Shown here: positions 35,729 through 46,000 of the stretch, in pieces
Layout of the letters: the number at the start of each line of letters is the position of its first letter
How positions within the stretch are numbered: position 1 is the first letter of the stretch
Assembly: GCA_965248755.1 (NCBI GenBank)
Contig: OZ252149.1
Span: 3,296,001 to 3,360,000, forward strand
Source: Candidatus Latescibacterota bacterium
GTDB lineage: Bacteria; Latescibacterota; CBDEFO01
DNA: 64,000 bases
Reading direction: 5' to 3'
Notes under the pieces: generated by a model
The model's input: the letters and a program-made list of their open reading frames with translations, nothing else
Databases searched by the model: none
Told to the model about the DNA's origin: nothing
Program-made: the position numbers and the translations under genes

Positions 35729-36553
35729 CTATTCCTCTAAAGATTTTACTATCTCTCTTGAGTTTTTCGCTTTTTTTCTAATCTCTCTTGGGGTCCCCTT
35801 TGCCAGATAGCTCATACCTGCTGCTATGACGTAGGGGACCTTAAGCCAGGGCACCATGTTGTCCTTATCCAGTCCGCCTGTCAGTACGACTCTTAAGTTG
35901 TCGAACGGAGTCACCGCCTTGAACGTCTCGGCAAGTTCAGCTGGCGTGTATCTCTGAGTCGGATACAACTTCTGGTAGTTCGCACCGCGCATCTTCACGG
36001 CTTTCAGCCCGTCCGGAGCATGGCTCGAAGCAGGTATGATAATGCCCCCGCGCGTGCTGACGTACATTATCGGGTCCATCATCAGAGCGTAAGCGTCAAC
36101 TTCTCCCAATTCCTCTTTGTAGAGCCCTTTGATCTCCTCCTCGTGATTCTGAATGAACGTCTCCAGATCGGTTAGATGAGATCTCCTTTCGGGAGGTACG
36201 GCGGCGCGATTTGAATATGGCATAAGTTCGTGGGCAGCTACAATCACTTCTGCTCCGCTTTGCATCGCCTGGTGGGCCGAAAAAATATCCGTGTTTGTCC
36301 CGACAGCGACTATTACGTCAGGATTTTTTGTATCCTTATAGTGTTGAAGGGCTTCTAAGTGATTCAACCACGTTGCGGCTCTGCAGGTGATCTCAGAAGT
36401 TGAAACGCCCCCCTCATAGAGTCCGTCGGCGATCCCTGCGACCTGATCTGTTATATTGCCTGTAGTGCCGATAACCGCAAAGAGTCTTTCCGTATCGATT
36501 CTTCTTTCTATTTCTCTTTTTCTCTCTTGGCTAACAACTCTTAACCGGCTCAT
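35729..36553 (-). CDS. eda: Divergent KDPG/KHG aldolase with internal insertion
   Basis: EITCR, VAVGT, GAEVIV, QKLYP (Schiff-base Lys) and LTGG motifs; convergent with kdgK; ATG 36553 with GGAGG RBS. Confidence 0.72.
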   Translation of the reverse strand: MSRLRVVSQERKREIERRIDTERLFAVIGTTGNITDQVAGIADGLYEGGVSTSEITCRAATWLNHLEALQHYKDTKNPDVIVAVGTNTDIFSAHQAMQSGAEVIVAAHELMPYSNRAAVPPERRSHLTDLETFIQNHEEEIKGLYKEELGEVDAYALMMDPIMYVSTRGGIIIPASSHAPDGLKAVKMRGANYQKLYPTQRYTPAELAETFKAVTPFDNLRVVLTGGLDKDNMVPWLKVPYVIAAGMSYLAKGTPREIRKKAKNSREIVKSLEE

Positions 36554-36611
36554 CTTAGTTCCTCCAGAGCAAGTAGATAGCATACGCGAATGAGAGAGGA
36601 TACTCTGTCTA

Positions 36612-37403
36612 CTATTTTATTATTCCTCTTTCGCTGCTTTCTATAAACTCTATAAGAGCCTTTACCTCTTCTGTTTGTTCGATCTCTGCTTTCACTGTCT
36701 CTGTAGCCTGCGACGTGTTCATATCAGATCTGAAGATGATCTTGTATGCTTTCTTCAAAATCTCTACAGCTTCCTTCGAAATACCGTGCTTTTCCAATCC
36801 CACAGGACCGGTCTGTCCCTTGCCGACGTTGAGTCCGACGGGACTTGGCGGCTCTCCGGCTGCTTTTATGAACGGCGGCACATCCTTAGTTATACGGCAC
36901 CCCCCGGATACGAAGCTATGTTGTCCTATCCTGCTGAATTGTTGAATCAGCACGCATCCCGACAGCCTAACATAGTCTTCCACAGTCACGTGACCTGCCA
37001 TCTGCGTGCAGTTAGAAATGACCACGTTGTCTTTGATGATGCAGTCGTGAGCCACGTGGACGTAAGCCATTAGGAGGCAATCACTCCCAATTCTGGTCTT
37101 CATCCGGTGCGACGTCCCGCGGTTTAGTGTGGCGTATTCTCTTATAACCGTTCTGTCTCCTATTTCCAGCGTCGTCTCTTCGCCGTGAAATTTCAAATCC
37201 TGGGGTACAGAACCTATTACAGCGCCGTGATGGATGGAACAATCCCGGCCTAATACGGAGCCTTTGGCTATCAGAACATTGGAGCCTATATTAGTCCCTG
37301 AGCCTATGGTTACTCCCGCTTCGATCAGGGAGAAGGGACCTATAGAGACATCCTGGTCCAACTGGGCTTGGGGGCTTAATTGGGCAAACTTGTGTATTTC
37401 CAA
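36612..37403 (-). CDS. lpxA: UDP-N-acetylglucosamine acyltransferase
   Basis: Hexapeptide repeats, PQDLKF, IREYATLNRGT and HVAHDC. Confidence 0.97.
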   Translation of the reverse strand: MEIHKFAQLSPQAQLDQDVSIGPFSLIEAGVTIGSGTNIGSNVLIAKGSVLGRDCSIHHGAVIGSVPQDLKFHGEETTLEIGDRTVIREYATLNRGTSHRMKTRIGSDCLLMAYVHVAHDCIIKDNVVISNCTQMAGHVTVEDYVRLSGCVLIQQFSRIGQHSFVSGGCRITKDVPPFIKAAGEPPSPVGLNVGKGQTGPVGLEKHGISKEAVEILKKAYKIIFRSDMNTSQATETVKAEIEQTEEVKALIEFIESSERGIIK

Positions 37404-37430
37404 TTCTCGCCTCTGGTGATGAATCGAGTG

Positions 37431-37453
37431 GAGGGCGGGGTTACCCCGCCCTC
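37431..37453. repeat. REP-like perfect palindrome
   Basis: GAGGGCGGGG-TTA-CCCCGCCCTC. Confidence 0.75.
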
Positions 37454-37491
37454 ACGATAAGCGGTAGGATGAATCAGGGATATAGGGAGGT

Positions 37492-38901
37492 TCAGTGAGG
37501 AGGATTTTCCTTATCCACGAGCATTGCTGTAAGCTCGGCTTCAGCTACTAAATCTCCGTCCACATAGGCTTTGCCCTGCATCTTGCAGGTTGTGCGCCGA
37601 AGCCTGATCATGTCCAACTCAAAGCGAATTTGATCTCCCGGAACTACTGGCTTTCTAAACTTAGCCTTATCGACTCCCAAGAAATAGACCAGTTTCTCTT
37701 TGGGATCGTCCACTGTGCTCAGGAATAATATGCCCCCCACTTGAGCCATAGCCTCTATCTGAAGGACAGCGGGCATAACAGGATCGGTCGGGAAGTGTCC
37801 TGTGAAGAACTGTTCGTTGATCGTGACGTTCTTTATACCCACCACCTTTTCCCCTGGAAGCATATATATTATTCGGTCGATCATGAGGAAGGGATAGCGA
37901 TGAGGCATAATCTTTCGGATGGCTCTTATGTCGAAGAGGAATTTATCGCTCTTGGCGTGGTCGTATTCTTTGGTTATCTTTCTTTTCTCATAGGTTTTTC
38001 TGATCATTGTAGCAAATTCTATGTTCGACCTGTGCCCTGAGCTGACCGCCATGACGTGCCCCCGGATAGGAGCACCCAAAAGAAAGAGGTCTCCCGTAAG
38101 GTCGAGGACTTTGTGGCGACAGAATTCGTTGGGGAAGCGAAGTTCCACTTCGTTGATGAGACCGTTCTGGCCCACCGTTACTTGTTCGGTAATTCCAAAA
38201 AGATCCTTGAGTTCGTCGAGTTCCTCATCACTAATAGTGACATCCGCGATGACAAGGGCGTTAGAGAGGCTACCTCCCCTGATGAGGTTTTGCTCTCTTA
38301 GGGTCTTAAGTTCACTCAATAGACAAAAGGTGCGCGCCGGTGCGTAGTCCACAATGAACTCGTCCTCCAGTGAGAACATACCTGTATATTGGGCTTCTAC
38401 AGCCGGCGTGTCAGGAGCGCTCATAAAGGTGACCTTGAAATCGTCTGAGGGTAAAACCACCAATTCGGGACCGCCATCGGGCTCGGAGTATCTGATCATC
38501 TCCTCTATGATGATGTAGTCTTTAGGAGAGTCCTGCTCCACAAATCCTGCCTTCTGCAGGGACTCAACAAAAATCATCGCGCTGCCGTCGCCGACCGGGG
38601 GCTCGCTGGAACTTATCTCTACTGTGACGTTGTCTATTCCCAATCCCGCCAGAGCGGCCAGGAGGTGCTCTACTGTGTGGACTTTAGCGTTGTCAATTCC
38701 TATGGTTGTTCCCCTTGATGTATCTACTACGTGGTCTATATCCGCTGGAATCTCTGGATTCATAGGAAGATCTGTGCGCACAAACGTCACACCTGTATTG
38801 GTTCCTGACGGTTTAAACGTAGCCTTGACTTCCGCGCCGGTGTGCAGACCCGTGCCAGAGCACGATACCTCTTTTGCTATAGTGCGCTGATTCTTGAGCA
38901 T
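37492..38901 (-). CDS. lpxC: Bifunctional LpxC deacetylase / FabZ dehydratase
   Basis: GTGLHTG, TVEHLLAAL and RHKVLDL (LpxC); PHRYPFLMIDR and FFTGHFP (FabZ). Confidence 0.97.
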   Translation of the reverse strand: MLKNQRTIAKEVSCSGTGLHTGAEVKATFKPSGTNTGVTFVRTDLPMNPEIPADIDHVVDTSRGTTIGIDNAKVHTVEHLLAALAGLGIDNVTVEISSSEPPVGDGSAMIFVESLQKAGFVEQDSPKDYIIIEEMIRYSEPDGGPELVVLPSDDFKVTFMSAPDTPAVEAQYTGMFSLEDEFIVDYAPARTFCLLSELKTLREQNLIRGGSLSNALVIADVTISDEELDELKDLFGITEQVTVGQNGLINEVELRFPNEFCRHKVLDLTGDLFLLGAPIRGHVMAVSSGHRSNIEFATMIRKTYEKRKITKEYDHAKSDKFLFDIRAIRKIMPHRYPFLMIDRIIYMLPGEKVVGIKNVTINEQFFTGHFPTDPVMPAVLQIEAMAQVGGILFLSTVDDPKEKLVYFLGVDKAKFRKPVVPGDQIRFELDMIRLRRTTCKMQGKAYVDGDLVAEAELTAMLVDKENPPH

Positions 38902-38902
38902 C

Positions 38903-39985
38903 TTATCTGTGCCTCAACTCCTCTTTGAGTTCTTCTATCTGTTTTTCCAACTGCTTGACTCTCTTTAAAAGGTCGGGGATCTTGCTCTGATAGGCCTCTG
39001 TCTTTCTGACTATCTCTATTGATCTTGCGGGACTGCCGGTTATGAACGACTTTTCGGGGAACGATTTGGCTATTCCCGATTGCGCACCTACTATCGATTC
39101 GTCTCCCAATTCTATATGACCTACGAAGCCAACTTGGCCACCAATCTGGCACTTTCTCCCGATCTTTGTGCTCCCAGAAACCCCTGCCTGGGCGGCAATA
39201 ACGGTGTCCGGACCTATCTCCACGTTGTGGGCTATCTGTACTAGGTTGTCGATCTTGGTTCCTTTTCCTATCCGTGTAACGCCCATAGTTGCACGATCTA
39301 TCGTGGTATTAGCTCCTATCTCAACGTCATCTTCGATGATCACAGTACCTACCTGCGGTACCTTGTGATATTTGCCATTATCCGGGGCAAACCCGAAACC
39401 GTCGCTCCCTATCACAGCTCCGGAGTGTATTATCACGTTCTTTCCGATCTGTATTTCCTTGTAGGTCGTCACGTTTGGATATATCAGAGTCCCCTGGCCT
39501 ATTTTGCAGTTTTTTCCTATGATGGAATTTGCACAGATTCTAACTCCATCTTCGATCTTTGCTCCCTCTTCCACACAGACGTAAGGACCTATATATATAC
39601 CAGAGCTAATCTGGGCGCTCTTGGCCACTTGAGCAGTGAGGTGTATCTCCTTGGGATATTCATCCACCTGTGTGTGGAAGAGTCGCATAACCTGTGCGAA
39701 GCAGTAATAGGGGTTTTCAGAAAGGATAACGGGGATAGAAATGGAATCTTCATCTTTATGGGGGCTATCCCCGATAGATTCAATCGGGGAAGAAGATGTG
39801 GACGGGAGGATCAAGGCAGAGGCCTTTGTGGATTTGAGATAACGGCGATATTTGGGATTGGAAAGGAAGGTAATATCGCCATGTTCGGCGTCATCTATGC
39901 CGGCGACTCCCGATATTAGTGTGCGTCCATCTCCGAGGATCTCTCCCCCGACCAGGCTGACGATTTGGTCTAATCTCATTTGCAT
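38903..39985 (-). CDS. lpxD: UDP-3-O-acylglucosamine N-acyltransferase, containing an in-frame palindromic element
   Basis: [26 protein letters not shown] and [11 protein letters not shown]; extra segment [16 protein letters not shown]. Confidence 0.97.
   Translation of the reverse strand: MQMRLDQIVSLVGGEILGDGRTLISGVAGIDDAEHGDITFLSNPKYRRYLKSTKASALILPSTSSSPIESIGDSPHKDEDSISIPVILSENPYYCFAQVMRLFHTQVDEYPKEIHLTAQVAKSAQISSGIYIGPYVCVEEGAKIEDGVRICANSIIGKNCKIGQGTLIYPNVTTYKEIQIGKNVIIHSGAVIGSDGFGFAPDNGKYHKVPQVGTVIIEDDVEIGANTTIDRATMGVTRIGKGTKIDNLVQIAHNVEIGPDTVIAAQAGVSGSTKIGRKCQIGGQVGFVGHIELGDESIVGAQSGIAKSFPEKSFITGSPARSIEIVRKTEAYQSKIPDLLKRVKQLEKQIEELKEELRHR
39768..39790 (+). repeat. Perfect palindromic micro-element copy inside the lpxD coding sequence
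   Basis: TCCCCGATAGATTCAATCGGGGA; read on the minus strand it encodes SPIESIGD. Confidence 0.9.
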
Positions 39986-40007
39986 GGGCTAAGACGACCT
40001 TTTAATC

Positions 40008-40577
40008 CTATTTTGATTTGGACTCCTTGGATGTGGGGGGCTCCTTATCCAGTTCCTCTAATATCCGGTCGGTTATGTCATATTGCGGTTTTGCGAAGAG
40101 CAGGCCCGGTGAGTCGAAGATAAAGTCGTAGTCCTCCTCTTCCCCTATATTCTTTATTAAGGAGTTTATCTCATCGTAGATCGGCTTGGAGAGCTCTATG
40201 TTCTTTTGAGCATACTTCCCCCCTGGGGAGAGGAACTCATCCACGAACTTCTGAAGGGCCTGGGCCTTAGCCTCCCCATCCCTTTCGAGCTCGTTTCTCT
40301 TCTCCTCGCTCATAAGCAACCGCTGTACCTCATATTCCTCCTTGAGACGTTCTAATTCCCTCTGTTTCTTTTCGGCCTCTTTCTCCCACTGATCCTTGTA
40401 TCTGTCCAGTTCTTGCTGAACTTCAGCAAGGGCTTTATACTCTGAGAGTATGCGCTCCGAGTTGATGTAGGCTACCTTCAGATCAGCAGCATGGGAGAAA
40501 ACAGCCCAAAACAGAACAACGGTAGACGCCACAGCGGTGGTAAAGATAGACCTTTTTAAAAGAACTTTGGAACGCAT
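40008..40577 (-). CDS. skp: OmpH/Skp periplasmic chaperone
   Basis: LKVAYINSERIL, coiled coil and YDFIFD...DITDRILEEL; located between bamA and lpxD. Confidence 0.93.
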   Translation of the reverse strand: MRSKVLLKRSIFTTAVASTVVLFWAVFSHAADLKVAYINSERILSEYKALAEVQQELDRYKDQWEKEAEKKQRELERLKEEYEVQRLLMSEEKRNELERDGEAKAQALQKFVDEFLSPGGKYAQKNIELSKPIYDEINSLIKNIGEEEDYDFIFDSPGLLFAKPQYDITDRILEELDKEPPTSKESKSK

Positions 40578-40654
40578 AGCGATTCTCTCCTTGAGGGGGC
40601 CCCCAAAAGTATTGAGGAATTGTCTTTCGAAAAGGGTGTGTTATGTCGTCAGAT

Positions 40655-40700
40655 CACTTCGTGGCTTCTTGCCGCCACTTCATCCATCCATCCCGCACAC
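40655..40700 (-). repeat. Stand-alone copy of the GGCAAGAAGCCACGAAGT module
   Basis: Minus strand GTGTGCGGGATGGATGGATGAAGTGGCGGCAAGAAGCCACGAAGTG; the 18-mer is identical to 35652..35669. Confidence 0.7.
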
Positions 40701-40709
40701 CACTAATTT

Positions 40710-43016
40710 CTAATACTGTAGTTGTGGCCCAAACTGGAAGTGTGTCTTCCACTCGGGCGGCGCACCGTCCACTTCTTCCCTGTCGAAACCGTAGGCAAAA
40801 TCGAATCCGATCAAGCCTATTATGGGGGCCATGAACCTTATGCCGAAGCCTGCGGAACGTTTGAGGCTTCCAATGTCCATATCAGAAGGATGCTTCCAGG
40901 CGTTTCCAGCGTCGGCGAAGAATATCCCGTACATCTGCTGATCGACTACGGGGAACCGATATTCTATGTTGAAGATCAACATCGAATTACCTCCCTGTCT
41001 AAATCCGTCCTCTCTTGGTCCCACAGATCTGTCGGAGTAGCCCCTGATCATGCCATCTACTATGTCAATTCCGCCCGGTGTAAACTTCTCGGTAAACGGG
41101 ATGTTATCTATGTCGTCCGCGAATGTCTTGACGAACCCGACCCTTGTTCTGACGTTTAGGACAAACTTCCAGAGTGTGCCAAAGAAGAAATTGCTATCTA
41201 AAAAATGCTTGTAGTAATCGGCGTCGCCACCGAGGAACTTCCCTCCAAACTCCGGAGTGTACGAGATTATAGAGCCCTTTGTGGGAAAGAGGGGAAGATC
41301 GCGGCTGTCCCTGATGTAAGTTGCGCTCAAGGTAGCCGTTTTGGTAGGTTTTCTATCTTTAAAGGTCCCTGTGTATTCCGCTGAGAAATTATCGAACCTT
41401 TCCTCCTCGAACCTGTATCTTATGACACCCCTTGAGAAGCTGTCGGGCCATCCGAGTCTCCTGCCCATCGACACCGAGATACCCTGTCGCTTCAGATCAA
41501 ATTCATCTATACCCCTGCTGAAGAACTGCCTTTTGCTCTTGAATATGTTAAACGATCCTGAGGTAGGCGTGTCGAAGAGCCACGGCTCTGTAAAGCCTAT
41601 CCTTAGAAGTTCTCTTCTGGTTCCGAAATCCCAGTTGAAGTCCAGCTTTTGACCGTTGCCCAGAAAGTTGGGTACCGAAAGACCTATGGTTCCTACAAGT
41701 CTGTCTCTTTCGCTGAATCCCGCGCCCATAGACGCCGTTCCTGTGTGCCTTTCCTCCACGTCAAACTCTATATTAACGTCCCCATTTTCCAATACTTCGT
41801 GCTTGGGCTCCACGTTTTTGAAGTAACCGAGGATATAGATGTCCCGTACGCTCCTCTCCAGTTCTGAACGTCTAAAGACCTGTCCTGGCGTGACGGAGAG
41901 TTCTCTTCGTATTACCTTTTCTTTCGTCTTGGTATTCCCTGCAATCTTGACGATTTTAACCCTTGAAGGATTGCCCTCCAGGATTTTAAAGTGTATGTTT
42001 ACCTTTCCTTCCAGATCTACAATTTCGGGGACAACTCTGACGTTGAGATAGCCTGCTTCCTGATACGCTGAGGATATGTTCTGGCGCGTCATCAGGTATT
42101 TAAACTCCTCATAAGACTGTCCTCTTTTTGCGACCACCTGCTTTGAGATCTCATCGTCGCTGATAAACGTATTCCCCTCCCACGTGACCTCTCCAAAGCG
42201 GTATAGTGTCCCCTCCTGGACGTAAATATCTATGTACAGGCCCTCCCTAGTCCCATCATAGTAGAGGCTGTCACGCAGTATCTCAGCGTCCCTGTAGCCA
42301 TTGCTCTTGTAAAAGATCTCTATCTTCTTGAGGTCTTCTCTGTAGACATCTCTTTTGAAGTCGCCTCCCCTCCACCATCTGTCCTCTTTAGTCTCCATCT
42401 TCTTTGTAATGTCAGAATCGTTAATTTTCTCATTCCCAAATATCCCTATTCTTTTGACCTGCACCTTCACCCCTTCGCGGATATTGAAGCCGAGTATAAT
42501 CTCTCCGAGTTCGCCCGACTTGAATAGATTATGATCTACTTCTGCCAGGAGGTATCCCTTATCCTCATACATTGATCTTATCTTTATTTCGGCGTCCTTT
42601 AAATCCTTGGGGCTTATAACCTGTTCCTTTATAAACCCTACGGTCTTTTCTAGGTCCTTATCATTTATCTTATCGTTCCCCTCGAACCTGAGCTCCTTGA
42701 GCGCTGGATATTCTTTTACTACTAACGTCAGCACCGTTTCTCCGTTTTCATCTTCCTCTTTAAGGACCTTTATATCGTGGAAGAGACCCAAAGCGTAGAG
42801 ATCCCGTATCGCGACCCGGATATCCTCGCGCGTAACATACTCCCCCTGCTGCAGTCCCGATGCGCTCTTAATTAAAGATTCGTTTGAGCGGACGTTGCCC
42901 TCAACGCCGATCTTAGAGATTCTTGTAGACCCTAACTGAGATAGAGACAGGGAAGGAAAAAACATCTCTGTGATCAAGATCATTGATATAGTAAATATAA
43001 GTATCCGGACCTTCAT
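40710..43016 (-). CDS. bamA: Outer membrane protein assembly factor BamA
   Basis: POTRA repeats (GNTKTKEKVIRREL), IRGY and FADAGNAW motifs, C-terminal barrel. Confidence 0.96.
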   Translation of the reverse strand: MKVRILIFTISMILITEMFFPSLSLSQLGSTRISKIGVEGNVRSNESLIKSASGLQQGEYVTREDIRVAIRDLYALGLFHDIKVLKEEDENGETVLTLVVKEYPALKELRFEGNDKINDKDLEKTVGFIKEQVISPKDLKDAEIKIRSMYEDKGYLLAEVDHNLFKSGELGEIILGFNIREGVKVQVKRIGIFGNEKINDSDITKKMETKEDRWWRGGDFKRDVYREDLKKIEIFYKSNGYRDAEILRDSLYYDGTREGLYIDIYVQEGTLYRFGEVTWEGNTFISDDEISKQVVAKRGQSYEEFKYLMTRQNISSAYQEAGYLNVRVVPEIVDLEGKVNIHFKILEGNPSRVKIVKIAGNTKTKEKVIRRELSVTPGQVFRRSELERSVRDIYILGYFKNVEPKHEVLENGDVNIEFDVEERHTGTASMGAGFSERDRLVGTIGLSVPNFLGNGQKLDFNWDFGTRRELLRIGFTEPWLFDTPTSGSFNIFKSKRQFFSRGIDEFDLKRQGISVSMGRRLGWPDSFSRGVIRYRFEEERFDNFSAEYTGTFKDRKPTKTATLSATYIRDSRDLPLFPTKGSIISYTPEFGGKFLGGDADYYKHFLDSNFFFGTLWKFVLNVRTRVGFVKTFADDIDNIPFTEKFTPGGIDIVDGMIRGYSDRSVGPREDGFRQGGNSMLIFNIEYRFPVVDQQMYGIFFADAGNAWKHPSDMDIGSLKRSAGFGIRFMAPIIGLIGFDFAYGFDREEVDGAPPEWKTHFQFGPQLQY

Positions 43017-43076
43017 AAAAGCCTCGCTTTCGCATACTCCGTCTTTGAAATAGGGGGCAAAACAAACTGAAAATGC

Positions 43077-46000
43077 CTAAAAATCGAACTCGTGCCTTAT
43101 ATTTAGCCGTCTGTCGTTTTCCCGGACAATATCGTCGTAGTAATATTTAAGCTCTAATCTGGTTCTGGTCTTTATCAGATATTCTAAACCTAAGCTGTGC
43201 TTGATGCCTAAAGCGTCTCTTTGCAGACTATTGGCGCCTGTATCCAGTAATCCCGTGTAGGACAGGAACCAGCGGTCTCCCAGGTATTCTCCCACTGTGA
43301 GTCTGCTCCCTCGGAGGAACCTCCACGTCCCCACATTCTGCGCTCCTTTAAAGATTCCTTCTTCTTGCCCGAACAGATTTGATGCCAAAAGGGGTCTTAT
43401 TCTTAACACATCTATTCCCAGCGACGACCTTAAGCCCCTTTCTACTGGATGGGCTATGTGTCTCCTGAAGATGGTGTCGCTCATCATCGCCATAGCGTCT
43501 ATCGCCTTTTTGTCGTAATTTCCGCTGACGTATCCTAATTTGGCCAATATCTTCTCCTGGGAGTCATCAGCAGGGTCTAATGATGTGAGCTTGAAGCGGA
43601 AATCTTCCCAATGAGCCTTATCCAGTTCTGTCCTGGTGTATTGGTCCAAGGCGTAGAGTTCCAAATATATCTGGGTAGGGACACCTGTCGAGTCGTCATA
43701 GACAGTGGTTGAAGCCTTACCGTAGAACCGTGCATACTCACCGTATTTAGTATCCACTTCTGCCCCTGTTTCTTCTGAGAGATTAAACTCGGTATCTAAA
43801 ACGCTGATGGTTCCTTTGACCGAACTTACCTTCCCTGTCACATAGAACGAACCGTCTTGGTCGATCCCTTGAAAATCCAGGTAGCTTCCCTCCTGTATAC
43901 GGGCCCTTGCCCGCCCTGCTTGGACTCCGCGGACGAGGGATGGAATTTCTCTGAAATATTCGACCCCGTTTTTGGCTACTGCCAGCATGTCCCAGTTTAC
44001 GATTTCGACGAAATCGAAAATGGGACTTTCGGATTCAGGTTCGAGGAAGGGATACGTAAACTCTCCATTTTTCCCCTCCAGCCTTCCCCTGACCAGAGGA
44101 GATTCTTTGGGGCCGCCAACGTAAAAGTGCTCCCCTGCGGCCCTTGGGAGGAAGAAGAACTTCCCCTTTCCTTGATCCATCATAGGCGGGATGTTAATCT
44201 CTATGCCGTCTTTAGAGGTCTCTACTATTAGAACGCCCAGGCTGAGATCCCCCAGGCTTTTTATCACAAAATGAGGGATATTTTGCCCTTCGGCAAGAGC
44301 AGCTTGTATGTTCTTTACGAATATCATATCGGAACCCACTCTGCCTGATATGCCTTGCATATTGAGGAAGTTTGAGCCGGGTTCGACCACGAGACGTCCC
44401 TTCAAGTCATCCACCTGTCTTACAAATATAGAAGGCTTCAACTGACCTCCGGAAAAGCTAATTTCCGCCTGCTCTATATATGGTTCCTTCCATTGGCCTC
44501 CGATTCTAAAGGACGCGCTGGCATTTCCAGACGCCTGTTCTATAAATTCTGACCTGGACAAAAAAGACAAAAGATCGCCCTCGGCTTCCACATTTACGTT
44601 CAACAGCTTGTCTTGGTCCTCTTTGGCTCTTATGAAGGGCAGTTCGCCTGCGATTGACACTCTATATTTTTCGTCCTTTTCTATTTTGAAATCATCTATC
44701 TCAAGCCTTGCAAAATCTCCTTTCAAAAGTGCAGACATCCTGTCGAAGTGTGTTCCGAAAATGCGGCCATCTTCTCCAGAAAATTCCACCTTTGCGGCTG
44801 ATCTATCCTCTCTACTTATAAAGTTAGCATCCATTTTGACCGCACCTGAAGCCTCTACTTTGCTGGCTCCTAAGAGTGACAGCAGAGTAGAAAGGTCCAT
44901 CTCTTCTGACTTGGCCCTCAGGTCAAAGTTCCTTGCGTTCCTCCAGTTTCCTCCTCCACCGAGTATCATCTTTTCGTTCTGGAAGAGGAAATAATTATGA
45001 ATATTCAAAACGTTATTGTCCCAATCCACGTCGACCACAGCTTTAATAGAATCGGCGTTGTTGATGCGTCCATTGGACATCTCTACAGCGCCCATAACCT
45101 GAAGGCTATCAATTCTTCCTGAAATTAATGCCCTCCCATCGATCTGGCCTTCTAAAGGTGCATCTTCAAATCCGAGGAAGCCCAAAAGGTCGCTTGCGGG
45201 GAAATCTCCTATCGAAAGTTCTCCGGTGATACTCTCCCCTTTGCGCCGATCCACAGATCCCACAAAAAGCACCTTCTTATCTCTGGTCCCAATGTCCAGT
45301 TGAATCTTATCTGTATCCCCAGATACCTGGCAAGTTAAATCTATCTTCCGGTCGTAAATCCTCAGTCCAGCTGCGGCGACTTTGGCTTCCATCCTCCTTG
45401 TGTCTTTAAAAAGGTCGTCGAATCTCCCCTGGACGTATAACCTCCCGTCGTTCCTGTGACCTGTCCAGAGATTGAGTTGTCCACGTGCCTCGATAGAGGA
45501 AAGTGCTCCCTTCAGCTTTATTTCTCCTTCTACATTTTCCCCTCCTATCTCCTTGAGACGGGTCAAAAGTTCGTCTATCTCAAGGTCTGCGTCCAGCCGC
45601 GGTGTTTGTCCAAACGGGTCGGACAGGACGCCAACGATTTTCCAAGCCTTGCCTGAAGATTCAAAGTGAATATCTTTTCCGTCGTAGTCAACATTGTTCG
45701 TCTGAGCGGGAAGGTCTATCCCACCTATAGTCAGTACTTGGGGAACATACCGCAGGGACCACCTGGGGTTACTGATGTCGCCGGATAGTTCAAAGTTCAA
45801 ACTCCCTTTTCCCTTTACATGCTCCCATCCGAAGAAGCTAATTCCGTCTTCTGCGTTGAAATCATCGGACTTCAGAGCAATACTAATCTGTCCTTTCTCA
45901 TCATCTTTCAAAGCTATAGAGCCAAAACCCCCAAGTCTACTTTTCCCCAAGGATGTCTTTATGTCATCTATAACTATTGACTGCTCCTTTACTCTGAAAT

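Noticed and set aside
7275..39790. CCCCGAT...ATCGGGG palindromes considered as terminators or CRISPR repeats
   Set aside because: They have no U-tract, are irregularly dispersed and nested, and one lies inside a CDS.
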